From assembly GCA_964252035.1 (NCBI GenBank), contig OZ176206.1: a stretch of 64,000 nucleotides of DNA; one strand, given 5' to 3'. Within the stretch, counting starts at the first letter, position 1. Each line of letters opens with the position of its first letter. The position numbers and the translations under genes were made by a program. The notes beneath the pieces are model-generated. The model was not told the DNA's origin. It saw only the letters and a program-made list of their open reading frames with translations, and ran no database searches. This DNA comes from Podarcis erhardii (Eukaryota). Shown one piece after another: positions 24,098 to 36,313 of the stretch.

Positions 24098-24233
24098 TAG
24101 CTCAGTTGGTAGACCATGAGACTCTTAATCTTAAGGTTGTGGGTTCAAGCCCTACATTGGGCAAAAGATTCCTGCATTGCAGGGGGTAGGACTAGATGAC
24201 CCTCGAGGTTCCTTCCAACTCTACAATTCTATG
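24098..24233 (+). mobile_element. SINE with tRNA-Lys(CTT)-derived head and CR1 3' tail
   Basis: TAGCTCAGTTGGTAGACCATGAGACTCTTAATCTTAAGGTTGTGGGTTCAAGCCCTACATTGGGC follows tRNA-Lys-CTT (CTT at 24124-24126). It is followed by GATTCCTGCATTGCAGGGGGT.GGACTAGATGACCCTC..CCTTCCAACTCTACAATTCTATG. Confidence 0.9.
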
Positions 24234-25404
24234 TGTGCTAACTGGTTGCACAACCATCTTTAACGGTTGCACAACAATCTCTGGTAATGTCTTCTCTCAT
24301 GCAACAATGTTCCACCAGCCGAAGTCTACCACTTAGTGAATGGATAGGCCCCTATTTATTTCTCCGCAATGTCCACTTCAGCGCCAGTCTCCTCTCTGAA
24401 GGCTTTTGGAGCCTTTAGGTCTGGCTTTTGAAAGCTTTGGCTGGCTTTTCTCTTGGACATAAATCCTTGCTTGTAATGCCCTCTTGGAACACAGGATGGG
24501 CATCCTAGGACTTCCTGTTCCACTCTCATTTTCTTCAGGTCCATCCAATCAAGTCTGAGTGGTTTTGAGTTATTTCGGCCAAAGACATCTGGCCTTTTCA
24601 CTTTTATTACCTTGTTGGTCCCTCTTTGGGCCTTCGTATTGGCAAGGGCACACACTGATCCCATCACAGGAACAGTCTCCCCAGCATGGAGCCTGCAATT
24701 TCACTTTTGTCTCCTTGCTTCTGAGGCCACATCAAGCTTCTTGAGAGGAAGTGTGTTTTTCTGCCACAGACAGGGATAAATACTGCTTTCTCTCGGCCCT
24801 CATCTGTGATCTCAGCTGTTAGTAAACAGTGGCCCATCTTTCTACAAGTCCTATTTTTCTTCATTATACTCCTTGATTTCCTGACAAGACACTTTTGTTA
24901 CGTTTCCTCATGTTGCCTTTCTATATACTGGCCCCCTTTGGATAATATAAACCACACTCCTACTCACTGTTACTCCAGACCAAAGAATATGTAGTGTCAT
25001 TACTGGAAAGAGCACCAAAGAGAAATGAAAAATAACAAGAAAGAAATGCCCAAGGGTGCTCCAGTCCATAATAATAGGGGTTTCTAAATTTATATCTATA
25101 ACAGTTACTTGATTGCATAAAAAGGGACATGAGCAAAAGTCTTTTTTCCCTTCCATGCATGGTTCCTGACCATATTTTTGCACTACAGATCATATTCTGC
25201 ACATCATGCTTTCCAGTCTGTGCATATTTTTCATGTCCTTCCAGCTGGGGATTGCTTCTTCCTTTCATAATGAAGAGCTGCTGGTTTGTTTTGAACAGCA
25301 GGGAGTTTTCTAGAAGAAAATATGAGCTCAGCTTCATTCCCAGGCATTTGATTAATAGCAGGAGGCCAGGTTTTCAACAGATATCCAACTCTATAGGTTA
25401 CTTA

Positions 25405-25720
25405 TAGGGGCGGATGAAACTGCCCATTTTGGTTCTCTCTGTTTCTTATTTTCCCAGTCTTTAGTTCAATTTGCCAAATTTCCACATCAGTTGGCAAACT
25501 TTTTAAAAATGTCTTTGTGAAAATTCATCAGCATTCTAGTGCATATTTCTCCTAATGATACACATTGTTGTGTGTAACATTATCTAATATAAACATTTCT
25601 ACCAGTAACAATTTCCCCCAATATAATTCATGATTGTATGTTATTTTCACTAACATTTGCATTTTTGTGCACACTTTCCCATAATAGGGACATTTTTTGT
25701 GTATCACAATTTTCAGAGAT
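25405..25720 (-). mobile_element. AT-rich non-autonomous DNA transposon copy
   Basis: Starts TAGGGGCGGATG. Internal CCACATCAGTT..GAAAATTCATCAGCATT..TGTGCACACTTTCCC. Confidence 0.6.
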
Positions 25721-26054
25721 GGATAGATGTGTTTTGATCCTGGAAGTGCAACCACCACCACCACCACAACAACAACGTTTATTATTCATTCATTTCTTAC
25801 CCATCCTTCACCATCAGGTCTCAGGGCAGGTTACAGTAATTTTAAAATACAACATTAAAATCAGTTAAAACAAAATACAGTCAAGAGACTAGGATGAATA
25901 CTGAGATATATGCCCCAGGTCTTAGAGGCCAGGAGGTACACATTCAGCATATGACAAAAGTTACATAATCAAGGTACCAGACACCTAAGCAGAGAGGAAA
26001 TTACACAATTTAAGGGCTGCCACATATATTACACTCTTCCAAGCCCCAATCACT

Positions 26055-26216
26055 CAGAATTCCTCAGAAAGTGGTGGACTCTCCTTGGTTGAAGGTTTTT
26101 GAACAAAGGTTGGATGGCCATATCTCCAGGATTCTTAAAACTGTAATTCCTGCATTGCAGGGGGTCAGACTAGATGACCTGTGTGTCCCTTCCAACTCTA
26201 CAATTCTATGATTCTG
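26055..26216 (+). mobile_element. CR1 LINE 3' end (ORF2 end, 3' UTR and ATTCTATG tail)
   Basis: ..VVDSPWLKVFEQRLDGH.. followed by ATTCCTGCATTGCAGGGGGTCAGACTAGATGACC..CCCTTCCAACTCTACAATTCTATGATTCT. Confidence 0.9.
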
Positions 26217-28443
26217 AGAGAGGTGAAATATAAAGTGGTGGGGTCAAACTGAGCCAAATTTATCCTCCATTTTTCATTATTTAACACAGTGACTGATTCA
26301 TCCCGGGACCTCCAAAAACAGCACGCTGTATAGATTCCTTAGCACAATGGTTAGCTCAGCCTTGACCCTGCTGAAGCACCACATTGGGCAAGGTTGTATG
26401 TGAAGATTGGTTGCATATCTCCTCTATGGGTGAGATGACTTGCTAGGAAAATATCGCAATGATTGTCAGCGAGAGCTAAATCAAGGAAGGAGAGGAGAAA
26501 ATAGGCTTGAAGGCTAAGATCTCAGGGGATGAGTTGGAGGCAGCTCAAGATGGGATCCATCCTAATGAATTCCCAGGATATTATTTCAAAGTGCCTCTAG
26601 TACTGTCCAAACCAGGAAACCGTAATACAGCCTTGCAGAAATCATTTCTTTTCTGCCAGTTCTGAAAGTACTATGGAAAGTGTAAATTTTCAAAGCAAAC
26701 CACCAGAAGCAGAATGGTATAGCAGAGCTTGCAGGTGGCAAAGGCAAGGGGGAAATAAAAGGCAAATGTTCCTTTTTTAAAATGTCTCTTTCCTCCATTC
26801 CACATTCATGCCCTCGAAGGAAATCAGTGGTTAATGGGACTGATGGAAAGAGGCACATTGAAATATAATGTGAGCTCATATCCTTGCGGCTGTATCCAAA
26901 AGCAGCAACCACCAATTTTGGTCTTCATAAAGGCCCTGGTCTATATGGTCTGCCTGCTGGTGTTTTGCTTTTATTTGTTGCATGGCAAACTTGTTCCATA
27001 GGGCTTCTGGCAATCTGTCTATCTAGACAAATTTTGTCATCTATTCTGGCTGGCAGGGTCTCTCCAGGGTCTCAGTCAATGAACTGCCTGGTCCCTGCTC
27101 CCCTTTTCAAAGGGAATTCAAACTGGTATCTAGTCTCTTCAGCATTCTAAGCTACGGGTCCCACCCTCCAGCTGCTGAATTGGTGGCCAGGTGTTCACAG
27201 GGGTTTCTCAGTTATAGGGTATGCTTAGGGCTGCATGTCAGATGTTGCTGGGGCCAGAGACAAAAGCTGGTTGAGCCACAAATACAGATGTTACTATTGC
27301 ACAGTAGGTTAGTTCCTACACACCTTCCCAGTTGTCCATCTAGGCAAACAAGAGACATCAGAGTTGAAGAACACATGGATAGCTCAGTTGATAAGAGCAT
27401 GAGACTCTGAGTCTTCCAGGAAATGCACAAGCAGACCATAAAAGCCGATACCCCACCATCATTTGCTTTCAGTATCTGGTATTCAGGATCATATACACTG
27501 ACTCAGGAAATAGAGGATGTATTCAGTGTAGCTAATAGCTACCAATGAATTTACCTATTTTTAAAAAAGTTATATGAAGCCCCTTTCAGCTGTTCTTCTG
27601 TGTACAATGAATAGGGGAGGGCTGCATGCTTCAGAACCCAGCCTAAACACATTCATTCAGATGTCTGTAGGGGTCTCCTGTGCATATGCAGGGGCTCCCT
27701 ACAGATATTTGAATGAACCTTTGGAGATCAGGTATAGAGCAGCAGTGAGCCCCCTTCCTCTACACATGCATTGTACACATAAGAACACCTGGAAGGAGAT
27801 TAAGAGGTTAGTTCTGCACAATGTAGCAGTGAGTTCCATAAGCTTATTAGACATTGCACTAGATGACTTCTGAGGTCCCTTTCAAATCAATGATTAGTCT
27901 TGATTGCATTTGTGTTTTATTTGCTGCATTTGTGTTTTATTAAGGACAGACTCTGCACCTGAAGAGTGGGTTCACATTTGGGAACAGGCAGATGCATGCA
28001 TAAAAACATACTGAATGGAAAATTATGTATTTTCCCTGCTTTATAACAGAAGCCTTATGTGGCTATGGCTATCAGATTGCGACCGCCTTTTCCTTTGGGG
28101 GAGAGGAGGAGGGAACGTCCTGCGATCATCATAAATCATTATCCCTATGATCCAAAGCACACTGCGCTTTCATTTACCTGCTACCAAGATCTCAGCAGGC
28201 TCCCATTTATCATTCTATTCTGGCTCTTTCACCTTGAATATAAATTTAAAATTGCCCTGAATCTCTTCAGCTTGGAAAGTAAACTGTTCTCGTTCACCGC
28301 ATGTCTTGTCCAACCCTGCCATGACAGATCAGTTCACATGTTATCAGAACACAGCAAGCTTCCTAGAGCTGCTGCAGAGGCCCTTCCAGCTCTTTGGAAA
28401 ATGTGCTTCCAAGTCCCAACCCAGGAAGATGAGCTGCTGTAGC

Positions 28444-28679
28444 CATTGCTGGTGCCAGACTATTTTGCACCCTGGGCAAGCCTAACTACTTGCACTGCCA
28501 CAATTTATTTATTTTTAGCTAACTTCAAATTTCAAAAACAGGTGTCCTGTAGAAAAAAAGAAAGGCACAAAACTATATAACAAAAACTAATCTGTGACCC
28601 TCAAAGGTCAGTATTGTATTCCTCTGAGGTCTGTGCCCTAGGCAGCTGCCTAGCTGGCCTAATGATCACACCAGCCATG
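28444..28679. mobile_element. Possible old hAT-like non-autonomous element
   Basis: Imperfect TIR CATTGCTGGTG / CACCAGCCATG, with subterminal GCACCCTGGGCA and GTGCCCTAGGCA. No TSD retained. Confidence 0.45.
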
Positions 28680-29064
28680 ACAGAGTAGCTAAGAGGCCAA
28701 ACAGGGAATTATGCTGCTCTGCACTATCTGTCTTTGAGGCTGAGATTGCTAAAAACTGGATGTTTCTAGGGATGGGTGAATTGTCAGTTTCTTTTTCTTT
28801 CAGTTCCCCATTTTCCCACTCCAAACTTGTGATTCCTATCAGAAGGTTGAACTCTATGACCGCTGTGGATACCTTCCAACTCTACAGTTCTATTATTCCA
28901 CAGCTGCAAGTGAATGAGATGATAACAAGGCTTTCAGGTTTGTTTAATGACAGGTTAGCATAGAGGAAAGCAGAGAATAATGGGAAATAGTTAAGTAGAT
29001 GCTGGGTGCTTCTTTTCTTTGATGGGGTTCCTACCTCATGCTAGTTAAAACCTATTGGCAAGAT

Positions 29065-29324
29065 CAGGGGTCAGCAGGGGTCAGCAACCTTTTTCAGCCG
29101 TGGGCCGGTCCACTGTCTCTCAGACCACGTGGTGGGTCAGACTATATTTTTTGGGGGGAAATGAACAAATTCCTATGCCCCATAAATAACCCAGAGATGC
29201 ATTTTAAATAAAAGGACACATTCAACTCATGTAAAAACACTCTGATTCCCGGACCATCCGTGGGCTGGATTGAGAATGTGATTGGGCCCCATCCGGCCCA
29301 CGGGCCTTAGGTTGCCTACCCCTG
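29065..29324. mobile_element. hAT MITE with exact 8-bp TSD
   Basis: TIR CAGGGGTCAGCAACC / GGTTGCCTACCCCTG. TSD GGCAAGAT at 29057-29064 and 29325-29332. The first 10 bp are tandemly duplicated. Confidence 0.93.
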
Positions 29325-29717
29325 GGCAAGATGCTTTGCATTTGTATTCAGAGTGTATAAGTTGCATTTCAGCTGTCTGAATATCTTCTGTTACAAGCTG
29401 AACAGCTCCTTGATTTTAATGTGGGTTGTTGACTGGTTGTTTGTTTGTTTGGTTGGTTGGTTGTAAGTTGCTTTGGGCAAGATAAATGACTAACAAATGC
29501 AAATAAATAGATAAACAAATAAACAAACAAACTAAACATATTTCCTAAATATTAAGCAATATTAAGCACCATTGAGTTCAGCGGAGCTTACTCCTAGGGA
29601 ACTATGCGTAAGATTGCAATCATGCTGATATTCATGAACAGGGTATTATGGTGTGTGAGAGTGAGTGTGTGTATCAACATTGCTGCCTGCACTTTTGGAC
29701 TTTCTTGGAGGCATGGC

Positions 29718-29761
29718 TATTATTATTATTATTAGTAGTAGTAGTAGTAGTAGTAGTAGTA
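29718..29761. repeat. Compound (TTA)n(GTA)n microsatellite
   Basis: TATTATTATTATTA followed by nine GTA units. Confidence 0.95.
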
Positions 29762-29805
29762 TGCTGCCTTTTCCCCTGCTGTGGGGACTGCGATAATGAG
29801 CTCTT

Positions 29806-30070
29806 GCCCTTAAACATTCACCAGATGCTGGGGATTGAACCTGGGACTTCCTGCATGCAAAACAGTAAAATAATGTCCTTTCCCCAGCATATGCTGAATT
29901 GGCCAATTTTGTTTAAGATTCCTCAGAATTGTCTCTACTCCAGCTAGAAATGGTTTCCCAGGTTTCCAAGCAGAAGCCTTCCTCAACCCTATCTGAAGTC
30001 CCCAGGAACTGAACCTGGAACCTTCTGCACACAAAGCAGGTGTTGCACCCCTGAGCTATGCCCCTTCCCC
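29806..30070 (-). mobile_element. Two degenerate copies of the squamate tRNA-derived SINE
   Basis: GATGCTGGGGATTGAACCTGGGAC..CTGCATGCAAA (29806-29870) and GAACCTGGAACCTTCTGCACACAAAGCAG..CTGAGCTATGCCCCTTCCCC (29932-30070). Confidence 0.75.
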
Positions 30071-31574
30071 ATCATTCTGTATCCCTTTGGCTACAGATTC
30101 TTATGAACTGCCGTGTACAAGGAAGGATCCCTAGGAGAAAGCCCTCCAAACAGATATTCCCCTCCAGGGGTGAAAGTTGGTTCATCTGTTGTCAAAACAG
30201 CCTCACGGTTCTTTACAGCTCTGATAGTTTCCCCTTGCCTTTCACTGTAGAATTGTGCTTTCAGTGCTCAGAGTCTCCATCTTGATGCTGTTTGGTTCCT
30301 CCTATGGGTATTACCCAGAGTTCATTGCAAATGTTCTGTAGGAACTGGGCAGAATCCCCCCACTCCCAGCACTGTTTATTTCCATTGATACCGCTGAACT
30401 AGGTCAGTGCCTGTCCCAGAGGAGGTCTCCATAACGTCACTGCAGTGAGATGCTGAGAACTGTTCAATGGAATCCGTGCTTCCTGGTCATGGATGCCAAA
30501 GGGAAGGTTGAACCACTTGACTTTGGAGGGGGGGATGAGTTGGTATAGAAGCCAGGGACTGACAGCAACATTAATGCAGCAGAGGTTCAGATAGCAATTG
30601 CTGCCTTCCCTTCGAGCTTCTTTGTCAATCCGTTATCTTCTCTTCCCCACCCCACGTTTTCCAGGAGAGATTCCTACATAATGCTTTGCAAGAATACAAG
30701 AGCACTAGCTTGTTTTTAAAGACCACACACAATGCTGGCATGTTAAAGAATGCTTAGCAGGAAGAAAGGAACCAGTTCATACAATAATAGGTTTGGCTGG
30801 AAATTGTCGAGAGGTAGAAGCATTCAGTTGCCAGATCAGTTAGATGGGGCAGCCAACATGGTACCTTCCAGGTCATGTGGACTACAACCTCCAGCATCCC
30901 TCAGCATTGACCATGCTGGCTGGGACCGATGGGCATTGTAGTCCAAAACAGCTGGAGGGCACCAGGGTGGCAAAGGCTGGCTAAATTGATTAGAAATATT
31001 TTCATACACTCAGAAAGCATCCCTGATTAATCAGGCAGCAGTTTTTATTATTATTATTTTAGCAAATATTTTAAATACAATACATATATAAATTGCAAGG
31101 GGAAAGTGACATTTTAAAAGGCTCATTCCCTCCTTCATGGGAAAGAAGCGGGGATCATGTCTCTAAAAACAATGGATATTATAATTTCATAACTTCAGGC
31201 CTTCCCCATCACCACCACCCCCATTTACATTGGTAGGATGCTGACTGAATGAGGCTTCCCTCATTGTCCTGGTTGCTGAACTGATCTGTTAGTCACCCAG
31301 CCATCCGCCGCTGCCTTCTGTGTGCACATACTGGGTATTCAAAGTGTCCCCAAGAGAGGCCTTGCTGTGACTTCTGCAATCTAAGAGGGAAAGCGTTTTT
31401 GGTGGCTTGCCATGAAATCACTGGGATAAATTTGGCACTTCAGAATGCCTGCCGGCAAATGTCTCAAAGTGGACGTCCCCAGAGGATGCTGTACTGTGCC
31501 AAAACTGGTGTTGCTAAGAGCCCCTGGTTCCAATATCATCTGAAGCATTATATTTTTCATTCATTCACTCATTA

Positions 31575-31778
31575 TTGCATTTATATCCCACCCTTCCTCC
31601 AAGGAACTCAAGGTGGCATGCTTGGCTCTCTTCCTCTCCATATTATTCTCACAACAACCCTGTCAGATGGGTTAGGCTGGGATTCGGTGACTTTGCCCAA
31701 GGTCATCTACTGAGTTTCATGGCTGAGTGGGGATTTGCATCCTGGTCTTCCAGGTCTGACATTCAGAACCACACTGCC
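31575..31778 (-). mobile_element. MIR/Ther1-like (Squam3-like) SINE
   Basis: ATTTATATCCCACC..CTCACAACAACCCTGT.AG.TGGGTTAGGCTG..GACTTTGCCCAAGGTCATC.ACTGAGTTTCATGGCTGAGTGGGGATTTG. Confidence 0.85.
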
Positions 31779-31808
31779 TGTCACGATGAGCGCATCGGGC
31801 AAGCCACT

Positions 31809-32339
31809 TGTCAGGCACCCAGTTTTGATTGTGGTCCACCACCATCCCACTTTCCAGTCCTGGTGAGGTTGAGCTGACAGAGTGAGGGTGGATTGTGGCT
31901 CCGCTGAAAGGAGTGTGGTCAAAGAAAGGTGCTTCAGGACCTTGGACAGGTCCAATGGAGCAAAAAACCTGTTCAGACTAGTAGTTGGTCTTAAAATGAG
32001 TCTACTATGGCCTGGGCCTGTCTATTAGGCCTCACCTCCTTGCTGGTGTCATAGAGAGCCTTAAAGGGGCATCACCTTTTGCTGGGTACACTTGCCTGTG
32101 GGAGTGAATAGGCTCTGTGGAATGTGAGGCTCTTAGCGATGAGGAGCCTGGCAGCTCAGTGATGTCTAACTCAAGGATTGCCATCACTGGGGGGTCTTAG
32201 ATCTGGAGTTCTTGGTTCAGGGGTCTCAGGTTCAGGGGGCTCTGGATTGGGCTTAGTGTCAGGGGACCTGATTCAATGCGCCTATGCTCCTGGCTCTCCT
32301 GGTCCAGCTGGTTTCCAGATCACTGCCTGGATCCTGACA
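31809..32339. mobile_element. Putative solo LTR (531 bp)
   Basis: GC-rich island bounded by a perfect 7-bp inverted repeat TGTCAGG...CCTGACA (TG..CA rule). No matching TSD seen. Confidence 0.5.
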
Positions 32340-33226
32340 TGAACAACTGGGCAGGCAAATCCTCTGCAATAGGTGTATTCAGGGCTTTTTTCAGAGCTGT
32401 GTGTCGGAGGCATTGGGCTGCATGCTTCTCGTGGCTTTGTGTCGGAGGCTGTGGGACATCGCATCTGAGGCGATGTTGTAAGGCGTCCCCCCAAAAAAAG
32501 TTGTTCTCCCCCTAAAAAAAAGCAACAAAAGGGTTGTCTGTAAAAAAAAAAGTGGGAGTTCCTGCACCTCTTTTTCTAGAAAAAAAAAGCTTTGGGTGTA
32601 ATGTTACAGAAATTCAATCTGTGTTGTATGTATACCATTTCATCAAAGCCTGGGGCAATTTCAGTCTGGTTTTGCACAACAGGTTTCTAGTGGGTGGTTG
32701 TTGTTGTTGTCTTTGTCACATGTTTGTTCTCGGTAAAGAGGTTTGGTCACCATCATTTGCCTGAACACGACACCTTACAGCAGGGATAGCCCATTTTAAT
32801 TTCACAAAGCAAAAGTGGCGTATTGATAGCTGTGAATGGTGTCCTGGAAAATATCACAGTTTTCATAAAACAGCAAAGGAGTGGAGAGGAAAAAGGAGTG
32901 ATGTTTCAGGAGTGTCCTTTCAGGGAAGTATTTTGAGGCCTAATGTGGTTCTGCCTCTGGAGCACTGTTGCCTCTCCTTATGATAGGATTTTAAAAACAA
33001 ACCCATAACTGTTTACTTGCAATTTAATTCTGAATATATCCTAGGCAGGCTGTTTAACATTGTTGTGAATCTTGGCTTCCCTGTGCAAATATCCTTGCCC
33101 CCCCCCCCCCACAAACCCACACCACCCTTGCTATAAACCCTTCTGAGGCAGCTGACAAAACAACCAGCAACTAATCAGCACAATGTATCAAATGAACAAT
33201 GAAATAAATGGAGCAGGACTTCTGAG

Positions 33227-33888
33227 TAGGGGTGGGGTTGACCTTTGATTTCGTTCTCCTTTAAATGTAAACCTCCCTAATTAGCATTTTCCAGTATGAT
33301 ACAAAAACTGAAGCATAGCAATCCTCCAAAATTTGCACTTTCTCAAATTTTGCATTGCAGCTCTCCCTTCAGGCAATGGATACAATATATATATATATAT
33401 GCTGCAGTAAAGTGTGCATAAAAATGCATATATTAGTGGATATATTAAGTATATAATAGCATGCATTAAAATTCATTATATTAAGAAAAAATGTTTTGCA
33501 AAAATGTTATATTAGGCCAAATTGCATATAAGCATGTGTATATTGTGAGAAAGTCAACAAAAATGCTGGTGAAATTTCATGAGGACTTCATTTTTTAAAA
33601 AGTGGAGGACTGAAATGTGGAAAAATGGGAAACTCAGAGAAATAGAAATTGACAATTTCACCCATCGCTAAAAACATCCAGTCAGTTTCAGAGAGGGATG
33701 TGCAAAACAGTCTGTTTCTTACAAAATCTATTTCATTATACAGATCAGTATAATACTGATGAATTTTCAGGAGGACTTTGTGCGGGGACGGACGACTGAA
33801 GACTGATGTGGCAATCTGGAGAACTGAAATTAAGATTGGAAAATGGAAAACTGAGAGAAACTGAAATCGACAGATTCCTCTCATCCCT
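33227..33888 (+). mobile_element. Two adjacent copies of the AT-rich TAGGG-terminal DNA transposon
   Basis: 33227-33670 runs TAGGGGTGGGG...CACCCATCGCTA. 33700-33888 runs AGGGATGTG...CTCATCCCTG. Both share AATTT(T)CA(T/G)GAGGACTT and GAGAAA..GAAAT.GACA. Confidence 0.65.
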
Positions 33889-34581
33889 GGTTCTTAGTTA
33901 CAGGGCCTGGCTTGTGTTGGCACCTCTCATGAAAGAATGCACACAGAAGGTTTCAGCTTCATTCTCCAACATCTCCAGCTAAAGGAGAAAATAGCAGACC
34001 TTGGGAAAGACCCGCATCTGAAACCGCAGTGAGGCACCGCTAGCTAGAACAAGCAATCCTGAGTTAGAGGGAGCTGCGTTCTGGCTCCGTATGAGGCTGC
34101 TTCATATATTCAACTCAGTCCCTTTCTCTGCTTCTTTTAGAACAGCCTGTCTCATATCAGCCAGCCACTGCCTATTTCAGCATTGCCCCTTGGGGATTCC
34201 TAATCGGTCCCTCTTCTCCCTTGTTTAATTACTTCAGTGTGATAGACTTGCTTTAAAATACGACGGCGTCTCTTGTCCAAGTTTGCACTTATGTAAGAGG
34301 CGTGTGAAGGGCGACTGTGGAAAGGAAAATGCTCCAGCAGCTCCACAGTCATGGTTCTGCACATTACTCACACAGCGATACATCACCCCTGTGAGCCCTC
34401 TGGCCAGGCTGCCTCCAGGGTGCCAGCTTAGGCACCTTATTTAATTGCAAGTCGAGTGATTTAAAGCCGACTTTCCCCTCAGGATCAAAATGAGAAAGCT
34501 TTGGTTTTCTCTGGAAAAAAGACGAAAGAGAGAAGGAGGAAAGCATCTACCCCCCCCCCCGCCTACATAGCTGTTAGGGAT

Positions 34582-34583
<2 letters not shown>

Positions 34584-34629
<46 letters not shown>
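34584..34629. repeat. (AT)23 microsatellite
   Basis: Perfect run. Confidence 0.98.
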
Positions 34630-34632
<3 letters not shown>

Positions 34633-34854
34633 TGTCTATATCGGCATATATGTGAATGACTGCAAATCATGCCTCAAAGGCTTCGCAACTGGGGAGCAAA
34701 TGAGGGAAGGGCAGAGAGGCAAATGTTTTATTTCTAAAGCAAATAATATTTATTCATTTGAGAAGCCATTCGTTTGCCTTCAGGGGTTGGGAATCCTGGG
34801 TTTTACCTTCGTTTATATTGCTTGAAATGTTTGCCTGTTGTAGAGACAGGGGAT

Positions 34855-35025
34855 TAGGACATCAGAAGGAACTTGCTGGAGACCCATCTAGCATCCTGTT
34901 CTGACAGACCAGATGCCTCCAAGGGAAGCCTGCAAGTAGGATCTGAGTACAAGACCACTCTTCCTTCTTTGGATTCCTAGCAACTGGTATTCAGACACAC
35001 ACTGCCTCTCACACTGAAGGTAGTA
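34855..35025 (-). mobile_element. CR1 3' end (CTTATGTT-tail subfamily)
   Basis: CCCATCTAGCATCCTGTTCT..CCAGATGCCTC..AGCAACTGGTATTCAGA..CTGCCTCT. Confidence 0.75.
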
Positions 35026-35308
35026 TTCTCCTTGAATTTGGCCAATCCTCTAAGAACACTGGCATAGGAACGTTGATTGGCAGGAACTACGGTGTGGGCT
35101 AGCTCTGTGTTTCCCACCCTGGTCAAACCACCTGGCCGAAAGAGTTCTGGCAGCTTGGGACGTGTCTCCGTGAAGAGGCCCACCTCTCGTTTTGAGAAGC
35201 AAATCTGCAAATCGTAATTAAAAGAAGCAGCAGCACAATGCGATGCCCCAAACTTGACTCCAGTGGAAAAAGCAAGCATTAGATCTGAAGGCCATTTGCT
35301 GCTGCAAT

Positions 35309-35385
35309 GAATCATAGAATCGTAGAAATGCAGAGTTGGAAGGGACCCAAAGCACCATCTAGTCTAACCCCCTGCAATGAGATCA
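35309..35385 (-). mobile_element. CR1 tail fragment
   Basis: GAATCATAGAATCGTAGA..GAGTTGGAAGGGACCC..CATCTAGTC.AACCCCCTGCAATG. Confidence 0.8.
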
Positions 35386-36313
35386 TTTACAGCCATGTCA
35401 TGATGGGGTTTCTGGCCTGAAGCATGACATTCCAGTGGCTCCAGGCCCAGTTGTGGCTGAAGGATGAAGTTTCTCCTCCCATGCCCTTTAATTTCTCAGC
35501 ATCGCCATGATTTGGAGGAGGACCAGGCAAACAGCTGCTTCTGTTGCTGACCTTCAATGAGTGCTCACTTCGCCAGGCTCAGCAGCTCAAAAGTGGGGTT
35601 GGAAATGGCACTTTGCTTGGAAGAATCAGTTGTGGATCCTCTCCAGCCTTGTGGGCAAAAGGTGGACACTGACCAAATGCAATGGCACTTAGTTTCACAC
35701 CATTTGCCTGTTATTTTCATTGATGTACTGGATGCCAAACTTCAGCTGATTAACAAATTGCCCTTATCCAGCAAGGTAAAATGACTAGACCATCATTCAC
35801 AAAATCATGATTGATGCACGTTCTTAAAATACATACAAACTGAAATTTCTCACCAATAATTTCCCTTCACTCTTGCCATCCTCTTTCTGCATTTTAGATT
35901 GCAACCTCCTGGGGCAGGGACCTGTCGGGGGCTTTTTTGGTTCTGAACTGCTGTTAAGCACCTAATACCTTGGTGAAGCTGTATACATAAACAGTAAACA
36001 GATAAAGGTGCTGATCCGAGGCATACGTAAATGAAAATGAATTCCTTAAAAATGACAATCCATTCATATACATTAATGTGTTTCTGACTGGAGTGGCAGA
36101 AATTATGAAAGCTTCCCCAACATTTTGTTAACAGTATTTTCCCCATTACATTCTCAAATCTATCTTATAAAGGCTAAAAAGTTGTGATTCTAAGGCTATA
36201 GCCACTTATCTGGGATGAATCTACATATTTCAGAGTACACACATACAGGATTTAAAGACTTTGAAGTAGATCCTACAGTAAACCACACCAGATTCTTACA
36301 ACAGTTTTCAAAA

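Noticed and set aside
24098-24162. Functional tRNA-Lys(CTT) gene (likewise tRNA-Ile at 673-746 and the fragment at 27376-27408)
   Set aside because: Acceptor stem disrupted, CpG-decay substitutions and direct fusion to a CR1 tail show these are SINE heads.
29646-34825. Poly-Val/Leu and (IY)n ORFs at 29648 and 34580
   Set aside because: Translations of microsatellites.
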